From Azolla caroliniana (lineage: Eukaryota; Plantae; Polypodiophyta), in NCBI GenBank assembly GCA_043228905.1, contig JBHGNT010000005.1, positions 21,328,001-21,392,000 of the forward strand: DNA of 64,000 bases, written 5' to 3'. Every line of letters starts with the position of its first letter. The first letter of the stretch is position 1. The notes under the pieces are model-generated. The model saw only the letters and a program-made list of their open reading frames with translations, was not told the origin of the DNA and ran no database searches. The translations under genes were made by a program, and so were the position numbers. Below are positions 52,601-64,000 of this stretch, one piece after another.

Positions 52601-53355
52601 TTTGTAACCTAGTTAAATGTTGGTGTTGTTTCTCTTTGTTCTATTGCCTAATAAACAACCAGTTTGTTGTGCCTCTCTCTCTCTCTCTTGCGTGCTCTGC
52701 AGCATCTTGTTTAATGTTTCCATCTGCCATTGATCTTTCTGTCTACATACACCACTCCATGATCATCATATAGAAGAGTTTCGCTTAAGTTCCGCATTCG
52801 AAGGCGGCCCTTTCCCAACACCGATTGTCAAGCACAAAGTGGAAATGAAAGAACAAAAAATGAATACACAAACGAGAGGACCACGATGTTTACGTGGAAA
52901 CCCTGAAAGGGGAAAACCATTGGAGATCACAGACTCTGAAACAGAATCACTATATATAAAGGAAATACACAAATAAGAATCTCAAAGGCAACGACCTTGA
53001 GTTCTTCTTTGTAAGACAGACGACTGCAAAGTTACAACTCTCTCACACACTCTCTCTAGCATGAGCTATCAAAGGCCACTACACACAATAACTATGCACA
53101 ACAATGATTCATCATACTCACTAACTACTTGCCCTAACTATATTTATACTCATATACGTAATATGAGCTATTTACAAATAAAGCCCACTAAGGGCACATT
53201 AAGGCTATTTACTATTATAGCCCCGAGTCGGCTTCGACCGATCCGGCTATTAGCTGAATCGATTATTACCTGATTGTTAGCCTCGACCGAATCTGGAATC
53301 GGTCAATTATTGGTCCTCCGCCGAGTCGTTGTTGACCAATACCTGTTTCCTAACA
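49602..53355 (-). mobile_element. Related, more diverged Copia (gag, PR, INT, start of RT), 5' LTR 52449-53355, 3' end lost
   Basis: PBS 52434-52445; NYSVWKSKMRDML; CFYCGK; LWHKR.CHMSQKG; in-frame 135-bp tandem duplication at ~49993-50260. Confidence 0.85.
52478..52820. mobile_element. Solo LTR inserted in the Copia LTR
   Basis: TGTTG...CAACA ends with CCGAT TSD (52473-52477, 52821-52825). Confidence 0.85.
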
Positions 53356-54339
53356 TAATCTATGTGAAGAAGATGAAGAACCTAAAGCAATCTTAAAACT
53401 ACAAGTGCACAATGGAAATAAAATGTTTTTGATCAACTAGAAAGGGCAACCACTTTTGGAAGGCACATGGATCTCTGAAGGAAGCTTGTTTTGTTCGGAT
53501 GGCACATTATTGTCAGAGCACCATATCTATAATTAGTAGTAGAATGATAAGGGCTCAGACGTTGCCAATTGCATCAATATGGTAAGACCACTTTTGCCCT
53601 TGTTTTATCTCTTTCTCATTATGTTTTTATATTATCGGGCCATGTCATTACAATAATGTCTCACTTTCGAGGAAGAAACTCTTTACCTCGTTGGAGAGTA
53701 TAGCAGTTAGGATTAAAGAAACTACGGGAAGAGTTATTGGGAGTAGTTAAAGATATTAGTGGGTTGAGTAGTTGAGTGGATTGTTATTTAAGTGGATTGT
53801 GTGCACAAAGGAGAGAAGGCTATTTTTGGAAATTAAAGGAATGTGCCCCATGTAATACTTTCTTTAATATCAAAATACCCTTTTTGTATTTTTTGGAATA
53901 CCCGTCTTCATAATTTCCTTCTTCCTTTAGTGTCTATTGTAATATAAGCACTCTCTTAGTTTTCAATTTCATCATTCTCTTTCATGTTCGTACAAGCCAT
54001 CTTAGTCCTTTAAAATACATTAATATAACACTTTCTCTCTTTATCTCTCTCTAGTGATAGACAATTAGTGTTAAGAGATGAGAATCGATCGTTATTTAAA
54101 TGCAAATGTACAAAAGTAAAAAATTAAGATAATAACGAGCCCTATCTCTCTCTCACACACATAACCACAATGTGCACTCTCGATTGCAGCATTCATTGGT
54201 AAAGTTCTTGAACATCGAGAGTCACTACTCACTTTCACATATATCACGTGAAATGTAATATTTTTGGTCTTATATGTCATATTTGACCTCCGAAGACGAT
54301 AATAGAATCTATCTATCTACCTAGTATCTCTATGGTACA

Positions 54340-54650
54340 AACGACCAAAGAGATTTTACCCATTCCAATTATAGAAGAGGTTACAAAAGTGGTGCATCGG
54401 GTGCAACCAACAACCTCGCCCATCCCAATTCTAGAAGAGGTTACAAAAAGTGGTGAATAACGAGCACACACACACACACACACACACTCTCTCTCTCTCT
54501 CTTGGTGCACTCAACCAAAGAGATTTTAACCATTCCAATTATAGAAGAGGTTACAAAAGTGGTGCATTGAATGCAACAACCTCACCTATCCCAACTCTAG
54601 AAGAGATTACAAAAAAGTGGTGCATTGAATGCAACAACATTACACCCATT
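54340..54650. repeat. Duplicated ~175-bp block built from ~60-bp subunits, upstream of the host gene
   Basis: TAGAAGAGGTTACAAAAGTGGTG occurs 4 times; (CA)n(CT)n spacer. Confidence 0.7.
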
Positions 54651-54982
54651 GATTCCTAGTATTCTAATTTCTAGCCAATATCTCATTTCAAAGCACATGG
54701 TACAAAGTACACTCAATATATCTCTTTCTCAAAGGACTTCCATTTTCAAAATAACATGTACGAACTCCCTAACTTAATGTTCTTGGAGTAAATATATCAT
54801 CTATATTCTCCATATCTAACTATGATGTTTTCTCTCATTGCATATCATGAGATTGTTTGCCTTGTGACCATGGTATTTACACCTTGTCAAAGGGGCCACA
54901 AACACTAGCTAGATTTCTGTGTTTCTCTAAACCCTAATCTCACATACACCATCTCCTGAGAACACTATCCAATCCATCCATC

Positions 54983-57900
54983 ATGAACCTTGCTGACCTT
55001 AAGCTATTTCATCTCCCTGCCAATTCTCCCAGCAGTAAGGCTGCCCAGCTAGGGTTCCTTGCAGGATTCTGTGTCCTTGCTGCCCTCAACTTCACCTTCA
55101 AGAGCTTCCACTTAGATGATGCCCCTGTGGCTGCCTCTTCCAGCCATGTCTCTCATCCAAACAGCAGCCCAACAAACTCTGGTGAACTATTTCTCCCAGC
55201 AGTAAGGCTGCCCAGCTAGGGTTCCTTGCAGGATTCTGTGTCCTTGCTGCCCTCAACTTCACCTTCAAGAGCTTCCACTTAGATGATGCCCCTGTGGCTG
55301 CCTCTTCCAGCCATGTCTCTCATCCAAACAGCAGCCCAACAAACTCTGGTGAACTATTTCTTCTTCTTCATCACCATTGTTATTATCATCAATCCATTAC
55401 TGATGTGATAGCTACCACATATGCATGTCATGTAAATTGATTGTCATCATGGGATTGATTGTCTTGTCCTGTTTGCCTATGCATTCCATACATAGAGGTG
55501 GTCGCGAAGAAGGAGGAGACAAAGATCGGCATCGATGGGAACTCCTCTTGTCCATGTGGAATGATTTCATGGAGAATGACAAGAGAACAAATCCTCATCC
55601 TCACCATAGCACCTTGTTCCCGAAGCCTCCATACTGGCAGAATTGTAGCGAGAAGGCGGCACACGACAAGGCACTAGACATGCGTGGTAGCGATGGATCT
55701 CTTCCGCCATGGTCTCTCTGGAAAGGAAACCTCGTAGATGTCGAGGAGGACTCTCTGCGCAGCCGATTTGATTATATAGACCTCGAAGATTCCAGAATTT
55801 CTACTAGACCACCATGGGTATAACAGCTTGTGTGCAGCTTGTATATGTATATGTATATGTATATGTGTGTGTGTGTCCAATTAATATAGCAATATAATTG
55901 TACCATAACGATCAAAAAAGACATCCGCGATCCATCAAGAATAATTTGGGACACTAATCATGGAATACTCATGATTATATGATTGATTGAATCATTTGAA
56001 TGATTTTGTGAATCTTCATGGGGCCCCAGGTTGAAGGCGATGATGCGGACAACTACCCGTTGACTAGGCGAGTGCAGCAAGATCTTTGGTTGCATCAACA
56101 CCCTCAGAACTGTAGCGATCCGGGGCTAAGGTTTATGTGGGTCAGTTGGGAGAATGGGGCAGGCTTCGGGCTCGGGGCTCGCATCAAGTGCATGTTGGCA
56201 TTCTTCGCCATCGCGGTCTGAGAGAATCGGATCCTCGTAAGTGACTCGTTCGGACGGGCAGATCATGCAGGATGCCAAGGTATAAACAACTTGATATACC
56301 CTTGTCATGAAGTTCTTCCATAAATCATTTTAGGCCAATATGATTATTCCGACATTGGAACCGATGACAATTTTCCCAACATTCAATATGAACATCGTGT
56401 ATATAACTTAGGGACTTAAAACATTAGGAGAAAAATGATCAACAATTATAAAACTATGCTAGGACCATTGAACATGATGGCATTGGGTACCAACGAAATT
56501 AATGATATTAATGGTTGCCGAGTTTCGCTAGGGGATCAACGCAACCAATGGGACTGTTATTTCTTGCCCGAGACCAGCAAGGAGTGCAAAATGAGAGCTT
56601 TGGAGCTGAAGTCTCGGCCAGAGGCTTGGGAGAAAGGAATAATCATTGACAAATCCAAGTATAGCTGGGGAGAAATGTGGAATAGTCCGATTTCGAGGTG
56701 AGTTTACCAACATTAGGGCTTCTCTTAACCATCATGACCAAATAAACATGTCATACAATAACCTTTTATGCATTTAAGCTGAAAAATATTACACACAAAA
56801 AAAAGGAAAAAAATCATTTCATTTAATGCTTGGCCCTTGGTTGAATTCACATGTATCAATTGGTTTTGTTAATACAGTAGGTGGGGATCTCCATGGGACT
56901 ACATGCAAACCACGGTCGATGTTCATGGCAAGCTCATAAGACATCCTGCTAGTGATTGACGTTGGTGGAGAGCTCAGGTCACAAAATCTCATCTATATTG
57001 TGTCATTGTTCTAAAGTATTGTTTATGGGTTATAAGTATGTACCTCTCACATCTAAATTGGTTTGCCCAAGGAAATTTTGATTTCTTATGTTGGCCAAGT
57101 ATGAAAGAGACTATTTGTTGAAGTCCATTCAATGTGTTGGTACCAAATTGAGTATAGAATATGTAAAGTTGGCATCTGAATAGTGTTTCAAATGTGTAGG
57201 GAGGCCATTTAGTTCATGGTTGTATTCATACCAATCCCTTGGATCATTGCACCATTGCCATGTTCGCTTGACTATGTTTCTCCTATCAAAATTTTATCAT
57301 GTTCTAAAAAAGGAAGCAATGAGGTCTTGTAAATTAATTACTTATAAAGCTTCAAAAAATGATGGCTTTTTATATTAGTAAGAATGTAGACAACAATGGC
57401 AATATCCACGAATGCACACTTGATCTTCAAATCCTTGCCTTAAAATCCGATTGGAACACGATTTTGTAAACCTAGTAGTAAATACTACTTAATATTTTGC
57501 AAAAAGCTTTAAGAAACCTTTTATGCACTAGTTCTTATAATTAATATATTGAGCAAATGATTAGCAAATTCATGGGTTCAATTTTGAAAGTTAATCCCTT
57601 CCTAATCATTACATTGTTTTATCTTATTTTTAACCACTTATCGCATCCTAACCGCATTGTACACTATCCTATAGTCTGTTCTTTGACATAATATTAAACA
57701 ATAGTTTAGTTAAAGTTAAATAATTAGATTACTATTAGAAAACCTTAATTTTCATACTCTTTCTTTCAAAATGTAAATAGGCTTAGAAATAAAAGTAACC
57801 TAGTTCAAAGTGTCTCTCCTATAGCCTTAACCAAAAGAAAATGTATCTTCTAACTCATTAGTTTTATGTCTAAACTCTTAGGCAATTCGTTACATGATGC

Positions 57901-58548
57901 GATTCCCAAGTGAATACACTTGTCGTCTCATGAACCAAGCTCGACATCAATATTTTCGATTGACTGCCACGCGTGCCATATTGTCAACATTGCCATCAAG
58001 TTGGCCTGAGGTATATCATTAAATGACTCATTCATCTTGAGTAGTTGTATTTTGGGTGAAAAAATATCAAATCTTAACCAAATAAAATTTTATGTCACAA
58101 ATTGCTAAGCATTATCAATCTTTGAGATTTAGGATTTCATGGGCAAATATGCTTTTGTTTGCTTTCAATAGCAATAGTTTGCATGTGGTGATCAACTGAA
58201 TTCAGAAACTTAATAGTTAGAGAAAGGTAAAGCTACACACCATATTACCATGAGAATGCCATGACAAACACCAAAAGAGTTGGAGTGAGAAACTAACTAG
58301 CTCATAAATTTAAACTCATTTCATTAAAATAGATTGTACCACACAACGTAGAGGGAGACATGGAGAGGATTATTTGGGGGAGTTGAACACCATGGATTCC
58401 TCGACCAATGATTAGCATGCATGTGAGGTTAGGTGACAAAGCAAGAGAGATGGAGATGGTACCATACAAGAAATACATGGAATTAGCTTCTCGGGTACAT
58501 GCTAGCTTCCCCGTTGCAAGGAACATTTGGTTAGCCACGGAAATGGAG
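54983..58548 (+). pseudogene. Alpha-1,6-fucosyltransferase-like (GT23; Arabidopsis At5g28910-type) pseudogene; exons ~54983-55181, 55498-55817, 56030-56279, 56532-56697, 56878-56977, 57882-58010, 58333-58548; 3' exons not found
   Basis: N-terminal signal anchor; PPWV.G.D..NYPLTRRVQ..LWLHQHP; RADH..C; WDCYF.PETS.EC; RWWRAQAIRYMMRF; SMHVRLGDK; IWLATEM. GT-AG junctions in phase; three in-frame TGA (56219, 56957, 58384). Confidence 0.8.
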
Positions 58549-60019
58549 GTAAATAATCTTTCTAGATCTTGCTCTTTCTCTCTATCTTTATCTCTCTAGG
58601 TTATATTTGACCTCCCCAAATAATAAGATACTTGTTTATCTATCTATCTCTGCTCCAAGCATCATCATCGAACAAGCATTTTTCTTGAAAGTTGTGAATA
58701 TTCTCTAACTCTCTCTTTTTGCATTTTTGCATTTTTCACAAGGAATATAGTTCACTAAAACAACATGGTAGTGTGATTGTTTACATATTCTAAAACTAGA
58801 AATCAAGATAGTTGTTTCGAGAACTTGTGTGTCTGAATTGGACATATGAGGTAAAAGATAAGCATAAAACAAGCTAAAGTAGAATTCAAGAGACATCAAC
58901 AAATCATCTACTACATCACGCATAGAAATTTAAGATATGCCTAACGTGGTGCAAAGAGCATCCAAATTTGTTGATGATGTGTTGGAAAATTGTAGTGGGA
59001 AGTCACATTCTTTGTCCATTGAAATAATTGCAACCATAGTATGACCCATACATACCATGTGTGCATTCGCATTCAAGTATGTTTTGGTCATTCTGGTATG
59101 GTAAACACCCTCAATGTATGGTAAATAGTATGAACCATATGTACCATACCTGCATTCACATTTGCGAATGTTTCAATCATTTGCATAAGAAAAACACCCT
59201 CAAAGAATGATAAATACCATACTTTTGGATTAACTATTTATTATGAGGTAAATAAGCCTAAAAATGTGAATGTGAATGTTCTATGATTGCAACCATGTGC
59301 ATGTCTTTACGAGAAATAATGGTAAAACTTGAAAATAGAGTACACCCTTATGAATATAATCCTCCCACTTGTCTTTCCTAAGTTTCACCCTCGTCAACTG
59401 GATTAAGCAGTTTATTCATGGAAAGCCCACATGAAACCTTTTACTAAATCCAAGAATCTTGGTTGTATCTCAAAGACTAGAAGGCAATTTGAGAGAACAG
59501 AGACGGGGGAAAGACTACTTGGGGAAAATGGTGGCGAGCCCCTTCACAATTGCACTTATTATGCCTTTGGTCATGCAACATTTTCTATGTATCAAAAAAC
59601 TAAATTCATTCTTAAACCTCTAAGGTTAACATACATAATGATAATCTTTTGGTTTTCTCACACTATCTTACCATTTTCCTATACTAGGGATGTTGCCCAA
59701 CATTGAGAAAATGAGGAATCATGAATGCTCAAGGTAGATTTATAGGGAGGAAATTGTGTTTATATAGGGCATGACCTACATGAGAAAACAAGAAAATGTG
59801 CTCTTATTACCACTATAGTAAGGATTTTTTACGTGAATATAGGAAACTTAAGGAGAAGGATCCTTGAAATAGTCACTCTTCTTCTGGAGATCTTTGTGAA
59901 AGTGAACACTTTATTTTGAGGAACTAAGAAAGTATGCACCGCACATAGCAATCGTTAGATTTTGGGGAATTAAGAAAGTATGCCATCATCATTGTCCGAA
60001 GACAATTAAACCTTGGTAG

Positions 60020-60330
60020 CACGAATAAATATTCGAATAAATTTGATAGGTTGGGTAAGTCTTGGTGTATTTCTTCATGTCATTGTAGAACCTAGGTCAC
60101 CAACATCTTTCTTTTACTTTATTGATTGTCGCCAAAATTCCTCGATGTCTAGCCCATTCCTTGTCATGTAAATCTTTTAATATTTGATTTCGTTGCTCTT
60201 GGTTACAAATAACTTGTTGGGCATTTCCACAAGTACTCTTGATGTAGGAAGAATTTGTGAGCCGTCTACATAAAGTTTGAGAAGTTCTTCTTTGTCCAAC
60301 TTCCCAAATTTAAGTGGTCATGATAATTTA
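60020..60330 (-). mobile_element. Highly decayed Gypsy integrase zinc-finger remnant
   Basis: Minus strand reads RCW*PRFYNDMKKYTKTYPTYQ, resembling the WWP..Y.DV..YV.TC..CQ motif. Confidence 0.35.
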
Positions 60331-60518
60331 AGTGCCCTACCCAAATCCCCACTAACAAGGGTGAACACATATATGCATACATTATTTTTACATACATAGT
60401 TATTTCTCCAAAATAGTAGTTGCTTTCGTAGGAAATAGTGGCATGCCAAATGATTTATTTATTTGGTCCCATGTGTCAAAATGAGCCTCTTCCCGGACAA
60501 TAAAAAAATCTATTTTAG

Positions 60519-60561
<43 letters not shown>

Positions 60562-61439
60562 CGCGAAGCTCCAAATTGTTTTCATTGCGAATGAAAGTCT
60601 TAAGAAAATGGTTGCAAAACTTGAAGAATGAGATTCAAGAATGTAAGAGAGCTTCTTTCAAAACAAATGAGTGCCTTAACAAGATTGAGTTAAAAATGCA
60701 TTAAAAGAAGAAAAATTGGATAGGATGAGAGGGGATGTAAGTGAGATCAAAAAATGTATGCACAACAAAGTCGTGGGCCGATCTATGTGCATCACTAGAT
60801 TCCTCTGTAAATGAGGCCTCTCTACATCACTAATGTATCATGACATGGGACAAATTTAGAGGCTCACACTTCACACGTATATTGTACATGTTGCACTTAA
60901 CTACAAAACCATATTCTTCGCGTAATGGGGAAACCGTACACATCAATACATGTTAGAGCCCATCCCACTGTTTACCATTCGAACCATTGCTTCCATGTGA
61001 CTTAGCTCACATGCATTGCGATGTGAGACGAGGAGTTGGGGCACAAGTCATTTGAGTGGTTGACTATGCACACTTTGTCCTAAACAAGTTTCGAGAGACT
61101 GAGTATCACATTTTGATATAATGCTCTACCTATAATCACATTCAACCATGTTTTCACACATCTTCGACAAAGCCCAATCCATGCACGAATTTCTCTCACA
61201 ACCACAATATGCACTTTCGATTGCAACTGTTATTCCTTAGGGCCGGACAATGGCCTAACACAAGGCGTCTCTGGAAAACACTTCACCAAAGGGGTGTTAC
61301 GGCAAGATAACTTAAGACACAACGATTAATCTGACTAAATTGGCTACTTAACAATAAGGCATTCACTTAATACATGCGTAAGATATAACAATTAATACAG
61401 AACGGTAATCAATACGTGATGATAAAACAAGAAGCTTAT

Positions 61440-64000
61440 ATTAATTCTCCGTTTTCTGTTTCTTCTTCCTTCTCTCACCACCACTATGTCCATTGTCCGT
61501 GGCTGTCACGCTCTGTTCTTGTGTGTTGTTGTGTCTTTACCGCCTTCTCTGTTCATCTCCGTGTCCGTCTCTGTTTTCGTTTCTGTTTCCGTCTCTAGCT
61601 CCGTCGCCGTCACAGTCACCGTCATCATCACCATCATCATCCGTCATCGTTGTCTGTCCATCACTATCGTTTGTCGGTTCGTCCTCGTCCAGCCCGTTTG
61701 GCCACTTCGGCCACTGTTCGGCTATTATGACCGCTTCTGCCGCTCCTCGGCCACTCTTTGGCCGCTCGTCCGTCTCCATCTCCCACTGTTTCGACTGGTT
61801 TCCGGCCCTTCTGGCCTGTCTGGCCATGTCTGTCTGGTCCATCTCCAGATGTCTTTGTCACCGACCTTGTCGGCCCTATTCGGCTGTCGGTTTTGGCCGA
61901 GGTCCGTCGCTTTTCGGCATCAATGTCGTTGTTTCGGCCGTCTTTGTCCAGCATGTCTCTGGCCGGTTGTACGCTGACTCCGTCATTGTTCTGGCCGCCA
62001 TCGTTTGTTTGGCGACTGATGCAGCTTCATCCAATCCTTGTCTGACCCTCCGGCCGCTCCGACTGCTACAACCACTGTCCGGCTATTCCGACTGGTTTCC
62101 GACCCTTCCGACTACTCTCTCCGCTCTTCAGCCAATATTTGGCCAATGTTCTTGTTGCTATCAAGCCCCTCTCTAGCCGGAACTCTCCTGTTGCGGCCGC
62201 TGCTTCGTCGGGTTTTGTGGTCGTCTCTATCGACCGGCTGTCATACCGGCATTTGTCCGACCGTCGGCTGTTGTTTAGCCACTATCCGGCCGCTCCAACC
62301 ACTCCAACTGTTGTTCGGCTGCTCTTTAGCTGTTGTCCGGCGTCGTCCGGTTTTGCTGCCTCGTTTCCGTCTTCGTTCCGGCGCTGTTCGACCACTTCGA
62401 CCGCTCTTCGGCCAACGCTTTTCCGGCCTCTCGTCAGTCTTTGTCGGTGTCACCGTTCTGGCCATCGATCCGTCTTCGTCCGGCCCATTCTAGTCATCGT
62501 CCGGTCCATTCCGGCCAGTTTTCCGGCAGTCGGTTCGGTTGTTGTCCGGCTGCTCCCATCTCTGGCCATTTCAGTCTTGCTTTTCTCAAGCTTTCCACTG
62601 TTTGGTCTCTGTCCGGCAGACTCCATCTTCAGCCAATGTCTCTCCGGTCTTCTTTCGGCGTCATCATTGTTGCTGTCGTCGCTGCAGCCCCTATCCGACC
62701 GTTTTGGATGTTGTCCGACCACTCCGACCACTTCTTGGCCGTCGTTCCGGTCGCTTTACGGCCGTTGTCTGGCTATTCCGGCCCCATCCGATCGTCAGTG
62801 TCTTTCTGGCCCTTCTACTGTCTGAGTTTGGCCATCCATCCGGTGTCTCATTTTGTTTTGGACGTCTTTCGAGCTGTATCCGTCCGGTTCATTCCGTTCT
62901 TTTCCCGTTTCTTCTATCCGGACCGTTCCATCGTGTTTATGTATTGTCTCCGGTCCCCGTCCGTGGCTTTCTGCATCACATCGTCTCGTCCGACTTCTCT
63001 GTTTCTGGTTATGTTGAGTCTGTATCTTTGTATGTCGACCGCCCGTTTCCCACTGCCCATGGTCTTTGTGTGGCATCTCTATTGCAGTCGTCATCCATGT
63101 CTTTGTTTTTCCAGTAGTCTCCTTCTCTGTTTGGTGCCTCCAACTGTGTCTTTCCATTGCTGTTGGTTTCTCTGGTCGTCAATGTTTGGTTTGCGTTTGC
63201 ATCTCTTCTTTGTCTTCTATGGTCCTTCGGTGTTAACCAACTCCGGTTCCGACTCTCTCCACCTTGTTTCTTCTGGAACCATTTCCCGTGCATTCTCAAC
63301 ACATCCTGCCGGTCTCCGCTCCACACACTGCGACTTTCTCCGCAGTCTCCCGGTGGGCTTCTCTTTCCGGTCGTGCTGGCACCGGTTCCCTCTGCGTTGC
63401 TGTTTGTCTAGTCGTGCATCTTGCACCACGCTTTTGAGAACACGCACATTGTCGCTAACCGCTTTCGGAAACACACACATGGACACTAATCACAATCTCG
63501 CACAAACATTGTTGCCATTCATGCATTCCTCCATAGACTTCCTCCAACATCTTCACCGTCATTTTCGCGTTTCGCCATTTCTTTAGAACACTTTTGGCGC
63601 TATGGCTTGCATCGCCGCGTATCATTCTTCGACTCCGTCTCCAAAGGGGGGTCGCCTTAGTGGTCGCCAAAAGGTGTTGTACGTTTTTAGGGTTAGGGTT
63701 AACATTTATGATAAACGATTGATGATAAGTGATTGAGAAGCATTACGGGGTGGGGGGTGGTGCCTAGAATGGCTCCACCTCCCGCCCAAGGGGTTTCAAC
63801 GTAAGGGGAAGAGAGAGAGAGAGAGATGGAAAGAGAGAGATTGAGAGAGAAATGGTTATTCATGTTTCATTCATTCCCCATAAGGGGTTAAATAGTACAA
63901 GAGGGGGTAGATACATAGGGGTGTAAGCCCCCTCGAGCATTCATACTGGACACTCACTCACACCTCCTCGTATCCATCCACATGCACACACGTGTGCATG
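61440..64000 (-). mobile_element. Non-coding LTR element related to the 343-bp-LTR family; LTR from 63675 to the window end, PBS-like TGGCGACCAC, low-complexity CCG/TCG-rich interior
   Basis: 63747-63895 resembles 20221-20370 (G-tract hairpin, GA repeat, TTATTCAT, CCCCATA.GGGG). Interior composition resembles 21300-21530 and 26100-26400. Confidence 0.6.

Noticed and set aside
52478-52820. Solo LTR has the same 343-bp length as the LTR at 20215
   Set aside because: No sequence similarity beyond TGTTG/ACA ends; coincidence.
61416-63670. Long ORFs up to 417 aa on both strands
   Set aside because: Low-complexity CCG/TCG-rich DNA open in several frames with no domain motifs.

Overview
Repeat-dense eukaryotic genomic DNA, most likely a non-seed land plant (fern, lycophyte or bryophyte). 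That call is inferred from Tcn1-like chromoviruses, tRNA-Trp-primed Phygy-like Gypsy elements, Tnt1/Tork-like Copia elements, plant-type GT-AG introns and a plant fucosyltransferase-like gene. About 1-53 kb is a deep nest of decayed LTR retrotransposons. The standout is an apparently intact 12.1-kb cut-and-paste DNA transposon at 27447-39567 with 25-bp TIRs starting GGG, a 4-bp TTAT TSD and a Sola2-type DDD transposase (2 exons, predicted 863 aa). On the opposite strand it carries cargo: a spliced RING-finger gene (predicted 574 aa) and an ORF with an FCP1/NIF-type HAD phosphatase domain whose catalytic Asp is replaced by Glu. The long introns of both spliced genes are filled with kilobase arrays of the palindrome TAGCTAATTAGCTA, which also lies just inside both TIRs. 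Another intron is a telo-box (AAACCCTAA) array. This layout resembles a self-encoded protein-plus-binding-site regulatory or anti-silencing system (hypothesis). The only host-type gene is a pseudogenised alpha-1,6-fucosyltransferase-like gene (54983-58548). All calls come from manual motif reading; no database searches were run.
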